From Cellvibrionaceae bacterium (lineage in GTDB: Bacteria; Pseudomonadota; Gammaproteobacteria; Pseudomonadales; Cellvibrionaceae): DNA of 64,000 nt. Numbering within the stretch: position 1 is the first letter of the stretch; each line of letters opens with the position of its first letter. Made by a program: the position numbers and the translations under genes. This document shows, one piece after another, positions 46,094 to 56,456 of this stretch. The DNA lies in assembly GCA_050633825.1 (NCBI GenBank), contig JBOEHG010000019.1:881-64880 (forward strand), in the 5' to 3' direction. The notes below the pieces were generated by a model that was not told where the DNA came from, searched no databases, and saw only the letters and a list, made by a program, of their open reading frames with translations.

Positions 46094-47956
46094 ATGCTAA
46101 ATCGTTATCCCTTATGGAAAAACCTCTTAATTCTCGGCCTTGTTACGCTGGGATTCCTCTACTCTGCGGCGAATTTATACGCTCCTGACCCAGCAGTACA
46201 GATCTCTGGCGCTTCTAGTACCTTAACAATCAGTCAGTCAGATATCACAAAAGCAACAAAAGCACTAAAAGCCAATAATATTGAGTACTTTGGTGAGGTC
46301 TTTACTGAAAAGAGTGGCTTGATTCGCTTAGCTAGTCAGGATGCCCAACTAAGAGCAAAAGATATCATTAAAAGTGCCTTGGGCGATGACTATGTTGTAG
46401 CTTTAAACTTAGCGCCAACAACTCCCGCGTGGTTGGATGGCATTGGTGCTGCACCGATGAAGCTGGGTTTGGATTTGTCTGGGGGTGTTCATTTCTTGAT
46501 GGAAGTTGATACTGCAGCTGTTATTGAATCACAACTTAAATCCATAGAATCCCAAACTAAATCACAATTGCGTCAGGAACGTATCCGTTATCAGTCAGTG
46601 GTTGTAACCCGTGATAATGAATTAATTGCCCGCTTTAAAGAAGAAGAGTTACGTAATCGAGCCGCACCTATACTTCGTCGTGAAAACCAAGAGTTTATTT
46701 TTGAAAGTGCTACCGAAGGTGATAGTTTTATTATTCGTGGCACCATGCAAGACCTTGCGATTCGAGAAATAGAAGACTATGCAGTCAACCAAAACTTGAC
46801 CACTTTACGCAATCGGGTCAATGAGTTAGGTGTGTCTGAGCCGATTGTGCAACGCCAGGGGCGTACCCGTATCGTGGTCGAATTGCCAGGTGTACAGGAT
46901 ACGGCTGAAGCCAAGCGTATTATCGGTAAAACAGCCAATTTGGAATTTCGCCTAGAAGCTGAAGCTAGCGCATTAACATCAACCAAAGAGCAATTCCAGT
47001 TTCGCGATGGCAATGCCCAGTATGGTGGCAGTGGTGCCTTTCTTGAGCGTAGAGTTGTGTTAACGGGGGAAAGTGTTACTCGTGCTCAGGCAAGTTTTGA
47101 TACAGAGTCGAGTCAACCTCAAGTCAATATATCCCTTAATAGTAAGGGTGGTACGAGTATGTACCAAAATACCATTAAAAATGTGGGACGGCGTTTAGGT
47201 GTGCTGTTTATTGAGTACAAAACAAAAACCCAAGATGCTAACGGTAAACCACTGGAAAAACCGGTACAAATCATTGAAAAAAGAATCATCAGTTTGGCAA
47301 CGATTCAAAGTGCGTTGAATGCTGAATTCCGTATTACTGGTTTGGATAGTACCGCAGAAGCCTCTGAATTAGCGCTCTTGTTACGTTCGGGTGCCTTAGC
47401 TGCACCTATGCAATTTGTGCAGGAAAGTACTATTGGGCCTTCTCTTGGTAAAGAAAATATTGAGTTGGGGGTGAAGTCAGTTCAGTTAGGCCTATTCTTA
47501 GTACTGATTTTTATGCTGGTGTATTACAAAGTGTTTGGCTTTGCTGCCAATATTGCCTTATCTGTTAATTTGGTTTTATTGATCGCAGTGATGTCGTTGT
47601 TCGGTGCGACATTAACGCTACCGGGTATTGCCGGTATTGTTTTAACCGTCGGTATGGCTGTTGATGCGAATGTACTGATTTTCTCCCGAGTGAAAGAAGA
47701 GTTGAAAAATGGCTTGTCACCACAACAAGCCATCAATGCCGGCTTTGATCGTGCATTTACAACGATTCTTGATGCCAATATTACTACCTTGATTGTTGCC
47801 ATTATTTTATATGGTATTGGTACAGGGCCGATTAAAGGCTTCGCCGTCACATTGGCTATCGGCATCATTACTTCCATGTTTACTGCTATTTTGGGTACAC
47901 GTGCGATTATTAATTTAATTTACGGTGGGCGCACCGTGAAAAAACTTTCGATATAA
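46094..47956 (+). CDS. secD: Protein translocase subunit SecD
   Basis: 620 aa. MLNRYPLWKN.. N-terminus, large periplasmic domain, C-terminal 6-TM block. secF follows. Confidence 0.97.
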   Translation: MLNRYPLWKNLLILGLVTLGFLYSAANLYAPDPAVQISGASSTLTISQSDITKATKALKANNIEYFGEVFTEKSGLIRLASQDAQLRAKDIIKSALGDDYVVALNLAPTTPAWLDGIGAAPMKLGLDLSGGVHFLMEVDTAAVIESQLKSIESQTKSQLRQERIRYQSVVVTRDNELIARFKEEELRNRAAPILRRENQEFIFESATEGDSFIIRGTMQDLAIREIEDYAVNQNLTTLRNRVNELGVSEPIVQRQGRTRIVVELPGVQDTAEAKRIIGKTANLEFRLEAEASALTSTKEQFQFRDGNAQYGGSGAFLERRVVLTGESVTRAQASFDTESSQPQVNISLNSKGGTSMYQNTIKNVGRRLGVLFIEYKTKTQDANGKPLEKPVQIIEKRIISLATIQSALNAEFRITGLDSTAEASELALLLRSGALAAPMQFVQESTIGPSLGKENIELGVKSVQLGLFLVLIFMLVYYKVFGFAANIALSVNLVLLIAVMSLFGATLTLPGIAGIVLTVGMAVDANVLIFSRVKEELKNGLSPQQAINAGFDRAFTTILDANITTLIVAIILYGIGTGPIKGFAVTLAIGIITSMFTAILGTRAIINLIYGGRTVKKLSI

Positions 47957-47967
47957 GGAGCGGGATA

Positions 47968-48915
47968 ATGGGTGAATCAACACAAAAAGATGCCGCTTCC
48001 AATGGCCGTATAATCGATTTTATGGGGCAACGATTTGTTGCCATGTTATTTTCAGCAATTTTGTTGGTCGGTTCTATTGTTTCGTTGGCTGTTAATGGTT
48101 TGCAGTTTGGTCTGGATTTTACCGGTGGCTTACAAATTGAAGCGCAGTTCAGTGAGCCTGCAGATTTGCAAAGAATTCGTAATAGTTTAGCGTCAAATGA
48201 CTTTGAAGATGCGGTTGTTGTTCACTTTGGTGCAGATACTGAAGTGATGGTGCGAATGCAGCAAGATCTTACAGCAGGTATTGATCAACAAGTTTTGTCG
48301 GTATTGAAGCAAGCGACTGACGATGAAGTAGTATTAAAACGTACTGAATTCGTTGGTCCTCAGGTAGGTGATGAGTTGCGCGACCAGGGTGGTATTGGTC
48401 TGCTATTCGCTCTAGCGGTGGTGATGGTTTATGTTGCTTTGCGTTTCCAGTTTAAATTTTCTGTGGGAGCTGTTGCAGCATTGATTCATGATGTGATTAT
48501 TGTTTTAGGCTTCTTTTCAATATTTAAGCTGGATTTTGATCTAACAGTGCTGGCGGCAGTGTTGGCGGTGATTGGTTATTCGCTTAACGATACTATAGTC
48601 GTCTCTGACCGCATTCGTGAAAACTTTCGTAAAGTGCGTAAAGGCACTCCTTTGGATGTCATTAACCAATCGCTAACCCAAACCTTGGGCCGTACATTGG
48701 TGACTTCTTTAACGACTTTGCTGGTGTTGTTGGCTCTGTTTTTTGTCGGGGGCGAGTTGATACATTCCTTTGCTACCGCATTAATTATCGGTATTATTGT
48801 GGGTACCTACTCATCTATTTATGTTGCAGCCAATACCTTATTGTTAATGCATATATCAAAAGAAGATTTGATGGTACCTGAAAAAGAAGGTGTCGAACTC
48901 GACGAGCTTCCCTAG
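47968..48915 (+). CDS. secF: Protein translocase subunit SecF
   Basis: 315 aa. GLDFTGG motif and a 6-TM SecF pattern (..YSLNDTIVVSDRIREN..). Confidence 0.97.
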   Translation: MGESTQKDAASNGRIIDFMGQRFVAMLFSAILLVGSIVSLAVNGLQFGLDFTGGLQIEAQFSEPADLQRIRNSLASNDFEDAVVVHFGADTEVMVRMQQDLTAGIDQQVLSVLKQATDDEVVLKRTEFVGPQVGDELRDQGGIGLLFALAVVMVYVALRFQFKFSVGAVAALIHDVIIVLGFFSIFKLDFDLTVLAAVLAVIGYSLNDTIVVSDRIRENFRKVRKGTPLDVINQSLTQTLGRTLVTSLTTLLVLLALFFVGGELIHSFATALIIGIIVGTYSSIYVAANTLLLMHISKEDLMVPEKEGVELDELP

Positions 48916-49110
48916 GTAGTTTGTTTTTCCCTGCAGGTCAGTGAACGCTGGCTTGCAGACTTCCTGCTTTTCCCGCATTATTTCGCTCTGGCTTATTCGT
49001 ATTAAGTCGGTCTTTATCCTTGTTAATGTGAAGCACTGCATGTGTTTATATTGATAATCTATTTAAAATGACCTGAAATTTCCTTTAACAATAATCGCTG
49101 TGAGTGAATA

Positions 49111-51150
49111 ATGAGCCTGTGGCTGCCTGATGATCAAACACTGATTAATAATCCTCATTTGCTGAAGGATAGCCTTTCGCGTTATCGCCGTTTACTTCAA
49201 GGTAATGGTTATGCTTTTTGGGAGTGGGGTTTGCATAATGGGACTTACCGTTGTGCTGGTAGTTTTTGGGAGAAGCTGGGTTATCGAAGCCTCGATGAAT
49301 CGGTAACATCGATTGATAATGTTCAAGAGTATGTTCACCCCGATGATTTTGGTTTTGTTTACAATGTCGTGTTGGATCATCTTCGCCACGACACCCCGAT
49401 TGATATGGTTTACCGTATTCGTGCGGCTGATGGGACTTATTATTGGACACAAGCTTCAGCCAGCTCTACTCGTGACAGCAGTGGCCGCGTTACTTATTTG
49501 ACCGGTGTTAATTTTGACTTATCCCACCTTAAAGAAACAGAAAAGGCCCTAAGGTTATCGCAAGCAAGGCATGAGCGTGTATTGTCTTCATCCAATGATG
49601 GTATCTGGGAGTGGTCCGCAACTGATGCCAATACTAATCCTAAGCAGGCCGGTCGTGTCGGTCGTTTACATACTTCTCATAGTTTCTGGGCGCATTTAGG
49701 TTATAACGAAGAGGAGGTTGATGCGCTGCCTGAAAATGAGCGGCTTGCGATTTGGTCTTCGCATATCCACCCTCATGATAAGCTAAGTATTACTCGTGCT
49801 TTAAAAGAGTACTATCACACCCGCATACCGATCGATATGGAATACAGGATCTTTGGTGAAGGTGGGCAAATGTTTTGGTTTCGTACTCGTGGTAGCGGTA
49901 TTTTTAATACCCACGGCCGTGTCATTCTTATGTCCGGTATTAACATTGATATTACTCAAGTAAAAGAGTCTGAAGAGCGTGTTCGCAAAGCGAAAGAAGA
50001 TGCCGAAAGAGCGAATCGATCAAAATCCAATTTTCTATCCAGTGTCAGTCACGAATTACGTACGCCTTTGAATGCGATCTTGGGTTTTTCACGCGTACTG
50101 TCGAGGGATCAATCCATTGGTCATGAGCAGCAAGAAAATGCGCATTATATTCATGAGGCAGGTGATCATTTACTACAGCTTATTAATGATATTTTAGATT
50201 TGGCCCAAATAGAGTCCGGTAAATTATCGTTGTCAATGGAGCACTTCCGACCGGCTGAATTAATCAGTGAGTGTTTTAGTTATTGTAAAGATAGTGCTGC
50301 GGCTAAAAATGTGAAGCTTTCATTTTTTTGTGATGGTTTAGATAATTGTACAATTAATGCAGATCGTATTCGTGTAAAACAGTGTGTACTCAATCTAGTT
50401 AGTAACGCCATAAAATATAACTTAGATAACGGTAAGGTTGATGTTATTTTTTCTGAAAATAATGGTGTGTTGGAAATTGCTGTTCACGATACAGGCCCCG
50501 GTATTCCGGAAGAGAAAAAACCTTATCTTTTTGAAATGTTTAATCGTCTTGGTGCTGAGAGGTCTTTAATAGAAGGGAGTGGTGTAGGTTTAGTCATCTC
50601 TCGACAGCTAGCTGTCTCGATGGGAGGAGGATTAATGTACGATGATCAGGTGTCATCAGGCGCTTGTTTTAAGTTGTCTTTCCCGATGGTAGCTTCATTG
50701 CCAGCACAAAATATTAAATTACCTCGGTATCAAGATAGTTCAGTGAAGGAAATTAATTTACATTTTTCTGAAGTGAAAAAGTTATTTTATATAGAAGATA
50801 ATGAATCCAATATTCGGATTTTAGAGTCATGGCTGAAACCCTATTCACAGTTAATACTGTCTTCGCAGACAGAGCCGCTGCTTGGTTTATATGAGATTAG
50901 AAAGTCTTTGCCTGATATTGTATTGCTTGATATTAATTTACCCGGCATTAACGGCTATGAGATCCTTCATGTTTTAAAGGAAGACCCCTTGACTAGTCAC
51001 TTGCCGGTAATTGCTTTGTCTGCCAGCGCCATGGCAGCAGATGTTGAGAAAGGATTAGCAGAAGGCTTTGATGAATACCTCACAAAGCCATTAGATGTTG
51101 ATAAGTTGTCGGCTGTTTTTAACCATTTTTTTTCAAAAGAAGCCGCATGA
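49111..51150 (+). CDS. Hybrid sensor histidine kinase: PAS - PAS - HisKA - HATPase - REC
   Basis: 679 aa. Two PAS/PAC units (..YRIRAADGTYYW.., ..YRIFGEGGQMFWF..), H-box SVSHELRTPLNAILGF, HDTGPGI, GSGVGLVIS, and REC with VLLDINLPGINGYE and LTKP. Confidence 0.92.
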   Translation: MSLWLPDDQTLINNPHLLKDSLSRYRRLLQGNGYAFWEWGLHNGTYRCAGSFWEKLGYRSLDESVTSIDNVQEYVHPDDFGFVYNVVLDHLRHDTPIDMVYRIRAADGTYYWTQASASSTRDSSGRVTYLTGVNFDLSHLKETEKALRLSQARHERVLSSSNDGIWEWSATDANTNPKQAGRVGRLHTSHSFWAHLGYNEEEVDALPENERLAIWSSHIHPHDKLSITRALKEYYHTRIPIDMEYRIFGEGGQMFWFRTRGSGIFNTHGRVILMSGINIDITQVKESEERVRKAKEDAERANRSKSNFLSSVSHELRTPLNAILGFSRVLSRDQSIGHEQQENAHYIHEAGDHLLQLINDILDLAQIESGKLSLSMEHFRPAELISECFSYCKDSAAAKNVKLSFFCDGLDNCTINADRIRVKQCVLNLVSNAIKYNLDNGKVDVIFSENNGVLEIAVHDTGPGIPEEKKPYLFEMFNRLGAERSLIEGSGVGLVISRQLAVSMGGGLMYDDQVSSGACFKLSFPMVASLPAQNIKLPRYQDSSVKEINLHFSEVKKLFYIEDNESNIRILESWLKPYSQLILSSQTEPLLGLYEIRKSLPDIVLLDINLPGINGYEILHVLKEDPLTSHLPVIALSASAMAADVEKGLAEGFDEYLTKPLDVDKLSAVFNHFFSKEAA

Positions 51151-51178
51151 TTTATTGTTTGTAGTTAGTCCTCTATTT

Positions 51179-51982
51179 TTATACGCCTTTCAAATGTTTT
51201 CCAGCGATAGAGACAAGGGCTTTAAATACTTTATTGGGTGCGCAGACAACGTTGCCTGAATCCATCATATCATTACCGCCTTTAAAATCGCTGACAAGGC
51301 CACCCGCTTCTTTGACTAATAATATGCCAGCCGCCATATCCCAAGGCTGTAACTTCATTTCCCAAAAGCCATCGTAACGACCAGCAGCAACATAGGCAAG
51401 ATCTAAAGAGGCTGCACCCATTCGCCTGATGCCAGCACTCTGCTGTTGTAAAATCTCTTCCATGCTTTGAAGATAAGGCTGTATATGAGTCATGGTTTTA
51501 TCATTAAATGGAATGCCTGTTGCGATTAATGCGCCGGCTAAGCTTTTTCTATCAGAGACGCGAATGCGACGATCGTTTAAAGCCGCGCCCTTGCCTCGGC
51601 TCGCGGTAAATTCTTCGCGCTTGATAGGATCTAAGACGACACCATGCTCTAATTTGCCTTTGTAAGTACAAGCAATGGAGATGGCAAAATGAGGAATGCT
51701 GTTAATAAAGTTAGTTGTGCCATCAATTGGGTCAATAATCCATTGATAATCAGGGTCTTTACCTTCAGTAATACCACTTTCTTCACCGTGAAAGCCGTGA
51801 TCTGGATAGGCCTTACGTAAGTGGTAAATAATTTCTTTTTCGACGGCTCGGTCTACTTCAGTGACATAATCGTTTTTCGCTTTTTCTTCGATTTTAATAA
51901 GGTCACGATGCTGTATCGCTTTTTCTAAAATTTCAGCACCTTTGCGGGCAGCGCGTAAAGCCATTGTTAACATTGGTTCCAT
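51179..51982 (-). CDS. suhB: Inositol monophosphatase family protein SuhB
   Basis: 267 aa. MEPMLTMALRAARKGAE.., WIIDPIDGTTNF, and collinear with E. coli SuhB. Confidence 0.95.
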   Translation of the reverse strand: MEPMLTMALRAARKGAEILEKAIQHRDLIKIEEKAKNDYVTEVDRAVEKEIIYHLRKAYPDHGFHGEESGITEGKDPDYQWIIDPIDGTTNFINSIPHFAISIACTYKGKLEHGVVLDPIKREEFTASRGKGAALNDRRIRVSDRKSLAGALIATGIPFNDKTMTHIQPYLQSMEEILQQQSAGIRRMGAASLDLAYVAAGRYDGFWEMKLQPWDMAAGILLVKEAGGLVSDFKGGNDMMDSGNVVCAPNKVFKALVSIAGKHLKGV

Positions 51983-52157
51983 AGAGAAAATTTACCCGTC
52001 AATTGAGAAGAAACAGAAATGGTGCCAGACCATTCGAAGTGGGCGGCAGTATACCGGATAGTCTATAAGTTGCACAGGTTCTGGAGGATAATGTTGTTAG
52101 GGTATAGCGCTAACTTGGGGTAGAATGCGCCGCTTTATTTGATAATTAGCATTGAAT

Positions 52158-52994
52158 ATGACATCTGATCAGGCCATTCTTTCTCCAGACTCTCAAGCAT
52201 TGTTGAGTAATATTCGTATTGTGCTCGTTAATACCACGCATCCGGGTAATATCGGCGGTGTTGCTAGAGCAATGAAAAATATGGGTTTAACCCAGCTCTA
52301 CCTTGTTGACCCAAAAGAATATCCGTCCGAGCAAGCTGAGTGGCGGGCATCCAATGCGGTTGACTTACTTGGCACGGCGCAGGTGGTTAATACATTAGAT
52401 GAGGCGATTGCTGATTGTGGTCTCGTTATTGGTACCAGCGCACGGGAAAGGCGGATTCCATGGCCATTGTTCACGCCAAGGGAGTGTGCTGAGCGCAGTA
52501 TTGGCGAGGCTGCCCAACACCCTGTTGCCATCGTGTTTGGTAGGGAAGATAGGGGCCTGACCAATGAAGAGTTGCACAAGTGCCATTACCACGTCCATAT
52601 TCCTTCTAACCCCGAATACAGTTCTTTGAATTTGGCTACAGCCGTACAAGTGCTTACTTATGAGCTTAGAGTGGGTTGTCTGACTGCCCAGCAGCAAGGT
52701 AAGCCGTTGCATTTCGATGATTGGGATATGCCACCGGCTAATGTTGAAGCATTAGAGAATTATTACTCTCACTTAGAGCAAACGCTGCAAAAATTGGATT
52801 TCATTCAGGCTGATAACCCGCGACAAACCATGACACGCCTGCGCCGTTTGTATAGCCGAGTACGTTTGGATGAAATGGAATTGGCGATTATGCGGGGTAT
52901 GCTGACTTCTATCCAAAATTATATTTATCATACAGATAAGAAAATTGAGGCCCTAAAGAGCCCCCAAAATATTGATGATGCAGGTGGGGAATAG
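52158..52994 (+). CDS. trmJ: tRNA (cytidine/uridine-2'-O)-methyltransferase TrmJ
   Basis: SpoU/TrmH fold. NIRIVLVNTTHPGNIGGVARAMKNMG, FGREDRGLTNEEL, PEYSSLNLATAVQV. Sits between suhB and iscR, as in Pseudomonas. Confidence 0.92.
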   Translation: MTSDQAILSPDSQALLSNIRIVLVNTTHPGNIGGVARAMKNMGLTQLYLVDPKEYPSEQAEWRASNAVDLLGTAQVVNTLDEAIADCGLVIGTSARERRIPWPLFTPRECAERSIGEAAQHPVAIVFGREDRGLTNEELHKCHYHVHIPSNPEYSSLNLATAVQVLTYELRVGCLTAQQQGKPLHFDDWDMPPANVEALENYYSHLEQTLQKLDFIQADNPRQTMTRLRRLYSRVRLDEMELAIMRGMLTSIQNYIYHTDKKIEALKSPQNIDDAGGE

Positions 52995-53025
52995 TCTATA
53001 AAGACCTACTAAAATACTTTGTTAT

Positions 53026-53050
53026 ATACTTGACTAAAAAGGTTGGGTAT
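53026..53050 (+). promoter_or_regulatory. IscR type-1 binding site overlapping a TTGACT -35 element of the isc promoter
   Basis: ATACTTGACTAAAAAGGTTGGGTAT matches 22 of 25 positions of the type-1 consensus ATASYYGACTRWWWYAGTCRRSTAT as I recall it. Lies 44 nt upstream of the iscR ATG. Confidence 0.6.
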
Positions 53051-53093
53051 TGCACAATGATAGCTGTTTATGGTGATGATAAAGGTCTGAGCT

Positions 53094-53585
53094 ATGCGCT
53101 TAACCACAAAAGGCCGCTATGCGGTGACAGCGATGCTTGATTTGGCAATTCACGCTGATAAAGGCCCTGTAAGCCTTGCTGATATATCTAAGCGTCAAGA
53201 AATTTCACTTTCCTATCTGGAACAATTGTTTTCCAAGTTACGTAAGTCAGAACTGGTCAGCAGTGTGCGCGGCCCTGGCGGCGGCTACCAATTAAGTCGG
53301 CCTCTCGATGCTATTTTTGTGGCTCAGATTGTTGATGCGGTCAATGAATCTATTGATGCAACCAATTGTAACGGTAAAGGTAATTGTCATCAGGGTGAGA
53401 TTTGTTTGACTCACCACCTTTGGGAAGATCTGAGTGAGCAAATTCATAATTTTTTGAGTAGTATTAGTCTAGCAAAACTTGTAGCACGCCAAGATGTACA
53501 AAGTGTTTCTCGGCGACAGAATATCCAGCATGATGAGAATGAAGCGCGCCCGCTTGATGTTATCTCATCATCACATTTGGCTTAA
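53094..53585 (+). CDS. iscR: Fe-S cluster assembly transcriptional regulator IscR (Rrf2 family)
   Basis: 163 aa. [18 protein letters not shown].., and cluster ligands in ..[19 protein letters not shown]. Confidence 0.96.
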   Translation: MRLTTKGRYAVTAMLDLAIHADKGPVSLADISKRQEISLSYLEQLFSKLRKSELVSSVRGPGGGYQLSRPLDAIFVAQIVDAVNESIDATNCNGKGNCHQGEICLTHHLWEDLSEQIHNFLSSISLAKLVARQDVQSVSRRQNIQHDENEARPLDVISSSHLA

Positions 53586-53629
53586 GCCTCATTATTTAAT
53601 CTTAAGGTATTAGAAAGGTATTAAACAAG

Positions 53630-54850
53630 ATGTCAGTTAAATTACCAATTTATTTTGATTACTCTGCAACAACGCCCGTTGACCCCAGAGTTGCTGAAGC
53701 GATGACCAATTGCCTGACAATGGAAGGTAATTTTGGTAACCCGGCATCACGTTCTCATGCCTTTGGTTGGCAAGCTGAAGAAGCAGTAGAGACTGCAAGG
53801 CAAAATGTTGCGGATGTATTAAATGCTGATCCCCGTGAAATTGTTTGGACGAGTGGTGCAACTGAATCGGATAATTTAGCGATCAAAGGCTTGGCGCATT
53901 TCAATCAGAAGCGCGGTAAGCACATTATTACTTCTAAAGTTGAGCATAAAGCAGTATTGGATACTTGTCGTCAATTGGAACGAGAAGGATTTGAAGTGAC
54001 TTATCTCGATCCTGATTCTCAGGGTTTGATTTCTCCTCAACAAGTTGCCGATGCCATACGTGAAGATACAACCGTTGTGTCGTTGATGCATGTGAATAAC
54101 GAAATCGGTGTTGTTAATGACATTGCCTCGATCGGCGCGATTTGTCGTGAACGTAAAGTATTTTTCCATGTTGATGCGGCGCAAAGTCCTGGCAAGCTCC
54201 CGATTGATGTTGAAGAAATGAATATCGATGCGATGTCATTGTGTGCGCATAAAGTATATGGCCCTAAAGGCATTGGCGCGCTCTATGTTCGTCGTAAGCC
54301 GCGTGTTCGTCTAGAAGCTCAAATTCATGGTGGCGGCCATGAGCGTGGCATGCGTTCAGGTACATTGCCTACCCATCAAATTGTCGGTATGGGCGAAGCC
54401 TTCCGTTTAGCAAAGCTGGAAATAGATAAAGATTACCAGCATGCACAACAATTACGTGATCGCTTTCTTGATGGTATTAAAGATATGGAAGAAGTTCATA
54501 TCAATGGCTCTTTAGAGCAACGTGTTCCACATAATATTAATGTTAGCTTTGCGTTTGTTGAAGGTGAATCACTGATTATGTCGCTTAAAGATTTGGCGGT
54601 ATCGTCAGGCTCAGCATGTACTTCTGCTAGTTTGGAACCTTCGTATGTTCTACGTGCACTAGGCTTGAGTGATGAACTCGCACACAGTTCTTTACGTTTT
54701 AGCTTTGGGCGCTTTACTTCTGAAGAAGAAGTAGATTATGCCGTTAATCAAATTCATCAAGCGGTTGATAAATTAAGGGAATTATCACCACTTTGGGATA
54801 TGTACAAAGATGGTATTGACTTAAATTCAATTGAATGGGCTGCACACTAA
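53630..54850 (+). CDS. iscS: Cysteine desulfurase IscS
   Basis: 406 aa. [21 protein letters not shown].., a PLP Lys context (..[15 protein letters not shown]..), the active-site loop [17 protein letters not shown], and a C-terminal IEWAAH. Confidence 0.98.
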   Translation: MSVKLPIYFDYSATTPVDPRVAEAMTNCLTMEGNFGNPASRSHAFGWQAEEAVETARQNVADVLNADPREIVWTSGATESDNLAIKGLAHFNQKRGKHIITSKVEHKAVLDTCRQLEREGFEVTYLDPDSQGLISPQQVADAIREDTTVVSLMHVNNEIGVVNDIASIGAICRERKVFFHVDAAQSPGKLPIDVEEMNIDAMSLCAHKVYGPKGIGALYVRRKPRVRLEAQIHGGGHERGMRSGTLPTHQIVGMGEAFRLAKLEIDKDYQHAQQLRDRFLDGIKDMEEVHINGSLEQRVPHNINVSFAFVEGESLIMSLKDLAVSSGSACTSASLEPSYVLRALGLSDELAHSSLRFSFGRFTSEEEVDYAVNQIHQAVDKLRELSPLWDMYKDGIDLNSIEWAAH

Positions 54851-54864
54851 GCAGTTATAAATTC

Positions 54865-55007
54865 TTAGTGCTCGTCCAAAGCGGGCACTAAAATGCAATA
54901 CATGGATGTGTTGCCAATTTTAATGGCGTTAAGCCATTGAAATTGCGAGTAAAATAAAATCGTATTTTATTTTACGACCCTAAGAAACAAGTGGAAAACT
55001 TGTTTCT
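54865..55007 (+). ncRNA. Array of four consecutive stem-loops in the iscS-iscU spacer (structured intercistronic RNA; function unknown)
   Basis: Hairpins at 54865-54891 (11 bp, two G-U), 54915-54945 (13 bp, one G-U), 54949-54975 (12 bp, all A-T) and 54983-55007 (10 bp, perfect). None is followed by a T-run. Confidence 0.45.
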
Positions 55008-55044
55008 GGACAGACATTAATCAGAGAATGAGCGGAGATAAGCA

Positions 55045-55428
55045 ATGGCTTATAGTGAAAAAGTAATCGATCATTATGAAAATCCTCGCAATGTGGGTAA
55101 GTTAGACGACGATTCAAAAAATGTCGGCACTGGTATGGTGGGTGCACCTGCATGTGGTGATGTTATGCGCTTACAGATACAAGTCAGTGATGAAGGTGTT
55201 ATCGAAGATGCTAAGTTTAAGACTTATGGTTGTGGTTCAGCCATTGCGTCAAGTTCGTTACTGACTGAGTGGGTAAAAGGCAAAACACTTGACGAAGCCA
55301 GTGAAATTAAAAATACACATATTGCTGAAGAGCTAGCTCTACCGCCTGTAAAAATTCACTGCTCAGTTTTAGCTGAAGACGCAATTAAAGCGGCTATCAG
55401 TGATTTACGCGATAAGCGTGATAGTTAA
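55045..55428 (+). CDS. iscU: Fe-S cluster scaffold IscU
   Basis: 127 aa. MAYSEKVIDHYENPRNVG, GAPACGDVM, YGCGSAIASSS, LPPVKIHCS. Confidence 0.98.
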   Translation: MAYSEKVIDHYENPRNVGKLDDDSKNVGTGMVGAPACGDVMRLQIQVSDEGVIEDAKFKTYGCGSAIASSSLLTEWVKGKTLDEASEIKNTHIAEELALPPVKIHCSVLAEDAIKAAISDLRDKRDS

Positions 55429-55456
55429 AGTTAGGGTTAAAACTAAGGTTGTATAA

Positions 55457-55780
55457 ATGGCATTGTCAATTACAGATTCAGCAAAAGCATTTATCGGTAA
55501 ACAGCTGCAAGGCAGGGGTCAAGGTATTGGAATCCGTGTCGGTATTAAAACAGCAGGTTGTTCTGGCCTGTCTTATGTGTTGGAGTTTGTCGATAGTCTG
55601 AATGAAGAAGATGAAGTGTTTGATCAAGGAGCGTTTAAGCTGATTGTCGATCCTAAAAGCTTACTTTATATTGATGGTACTCAATTAGACTTTGTAAAAG
55701 AAGGTTTGAATGAAGGGCTTCAGTTTAATAACCCTAATGTTAAAAATGAGTGTGGTTGTGGTGAAAGTTTTCACGTATAG
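55457..55780 (+). CDS. iscA: Fe-S cluster insertion protein IscA
   Basis: 107 aa. ..GCSGLSY.. and a C-terminal CGCGESF. Confidence 0.97.
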   Translation: MALSITDSAKAFIGKQLQGRGQGIGIRVGIKTAGCSGLSYVLEFVDSLNEEDEVFDQGAFKLIVDPKSLLYIDGTQLDFVKEGLNEGLQFNNPNVKNECGCGESFHV

Positions 55781-55808
55781 CGTACTTATTTTTAATTGAT
55801 CAAATGAT

Positions 55809-55837
55809 CCGGTGCTTTTGCGCCGGTTTTTGTTTTT
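55809..55837 (+). terminator. Terminator-like hairpin + T-run between iscA and hscB
   Basis: CCGGTGC-TTTT-GCGCCGG (7 bp, one G-U) followed by TTTTTGTTTTT. Confidence 0.55.
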
Positions 55838-55876
55838 GGACTAGTAAACTAACAAGCAGATCGCTTAACAAATAGT

Positions 55877-56416
55877 ATGGATCTTACACAAAATTATTTT
55901 GCTTTATTTGGTATTGAACCCTCTTTTCAAATAGATAAAGCTATTTTGGCAGATAAATATCGTCAATTACAAAAAGACTTACATCCAGACAAGTTTGCCA
56001 ATAAAGGTGCAACTGAACAGCGCTTGTCTGTTCAGTTTACTTCTTATGTAAATACGGCTTATCAGACGCTAAAATCGCCACTGCTTTGTGCTGAATATTT
56101 ATTAGAGTTAGAAAAACACCCCGTTAATAGTGAAACGCTAACGGTAAGTGATGGTGGCTTTTTGTTTAAGCAAATGGAATGGCGAGAACGTTTATCTGAT
56201 TTGTCAGATGATATCCGCTCATCGATCTCGGTAGAAGAAAAACTCTCTAAATTGACTGATGAAGTATCTGTAGAAAGAGCTGATTTTCTTAAGCAATTTG
56301 AACGTGCTTATAGTGATAAACAATATGAAATAGCGAAAGAATCTGTAGCTAAATTACATTTTGTTGAAAAAATGATGCTCGATATTGAGCGCTTGGAAGA
56401 CAGCCTTTTCGAGTAA
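55877..56416 (+). CDS. hscB: Fe-S co-chaperone HscB
   Basis: 179 aa. J-domain with LHPDKF, and a position between iscA and hscA. Confidence 0.93.
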   Translation: MDLTQNYFALFGIEPSFQIDKAILADKYRQLQKDLHPDKFANKGATEQRLSVQFTSYVNTAYQTLKSPLLCAEYLLELEKHPVNSETLTVSDGGFLFKQMEWRERLSDLSDDIRSSISVEEKLSKLTDEVSVERADFLKQFERAYSDKQYEIAKESVAKLHFVEKMMLDIERLEDSLFE

Positions 56417-56456
56417 GGTTATTTCGGTTAAATAAAAGCTAAGGTTAAAGAAGGTT

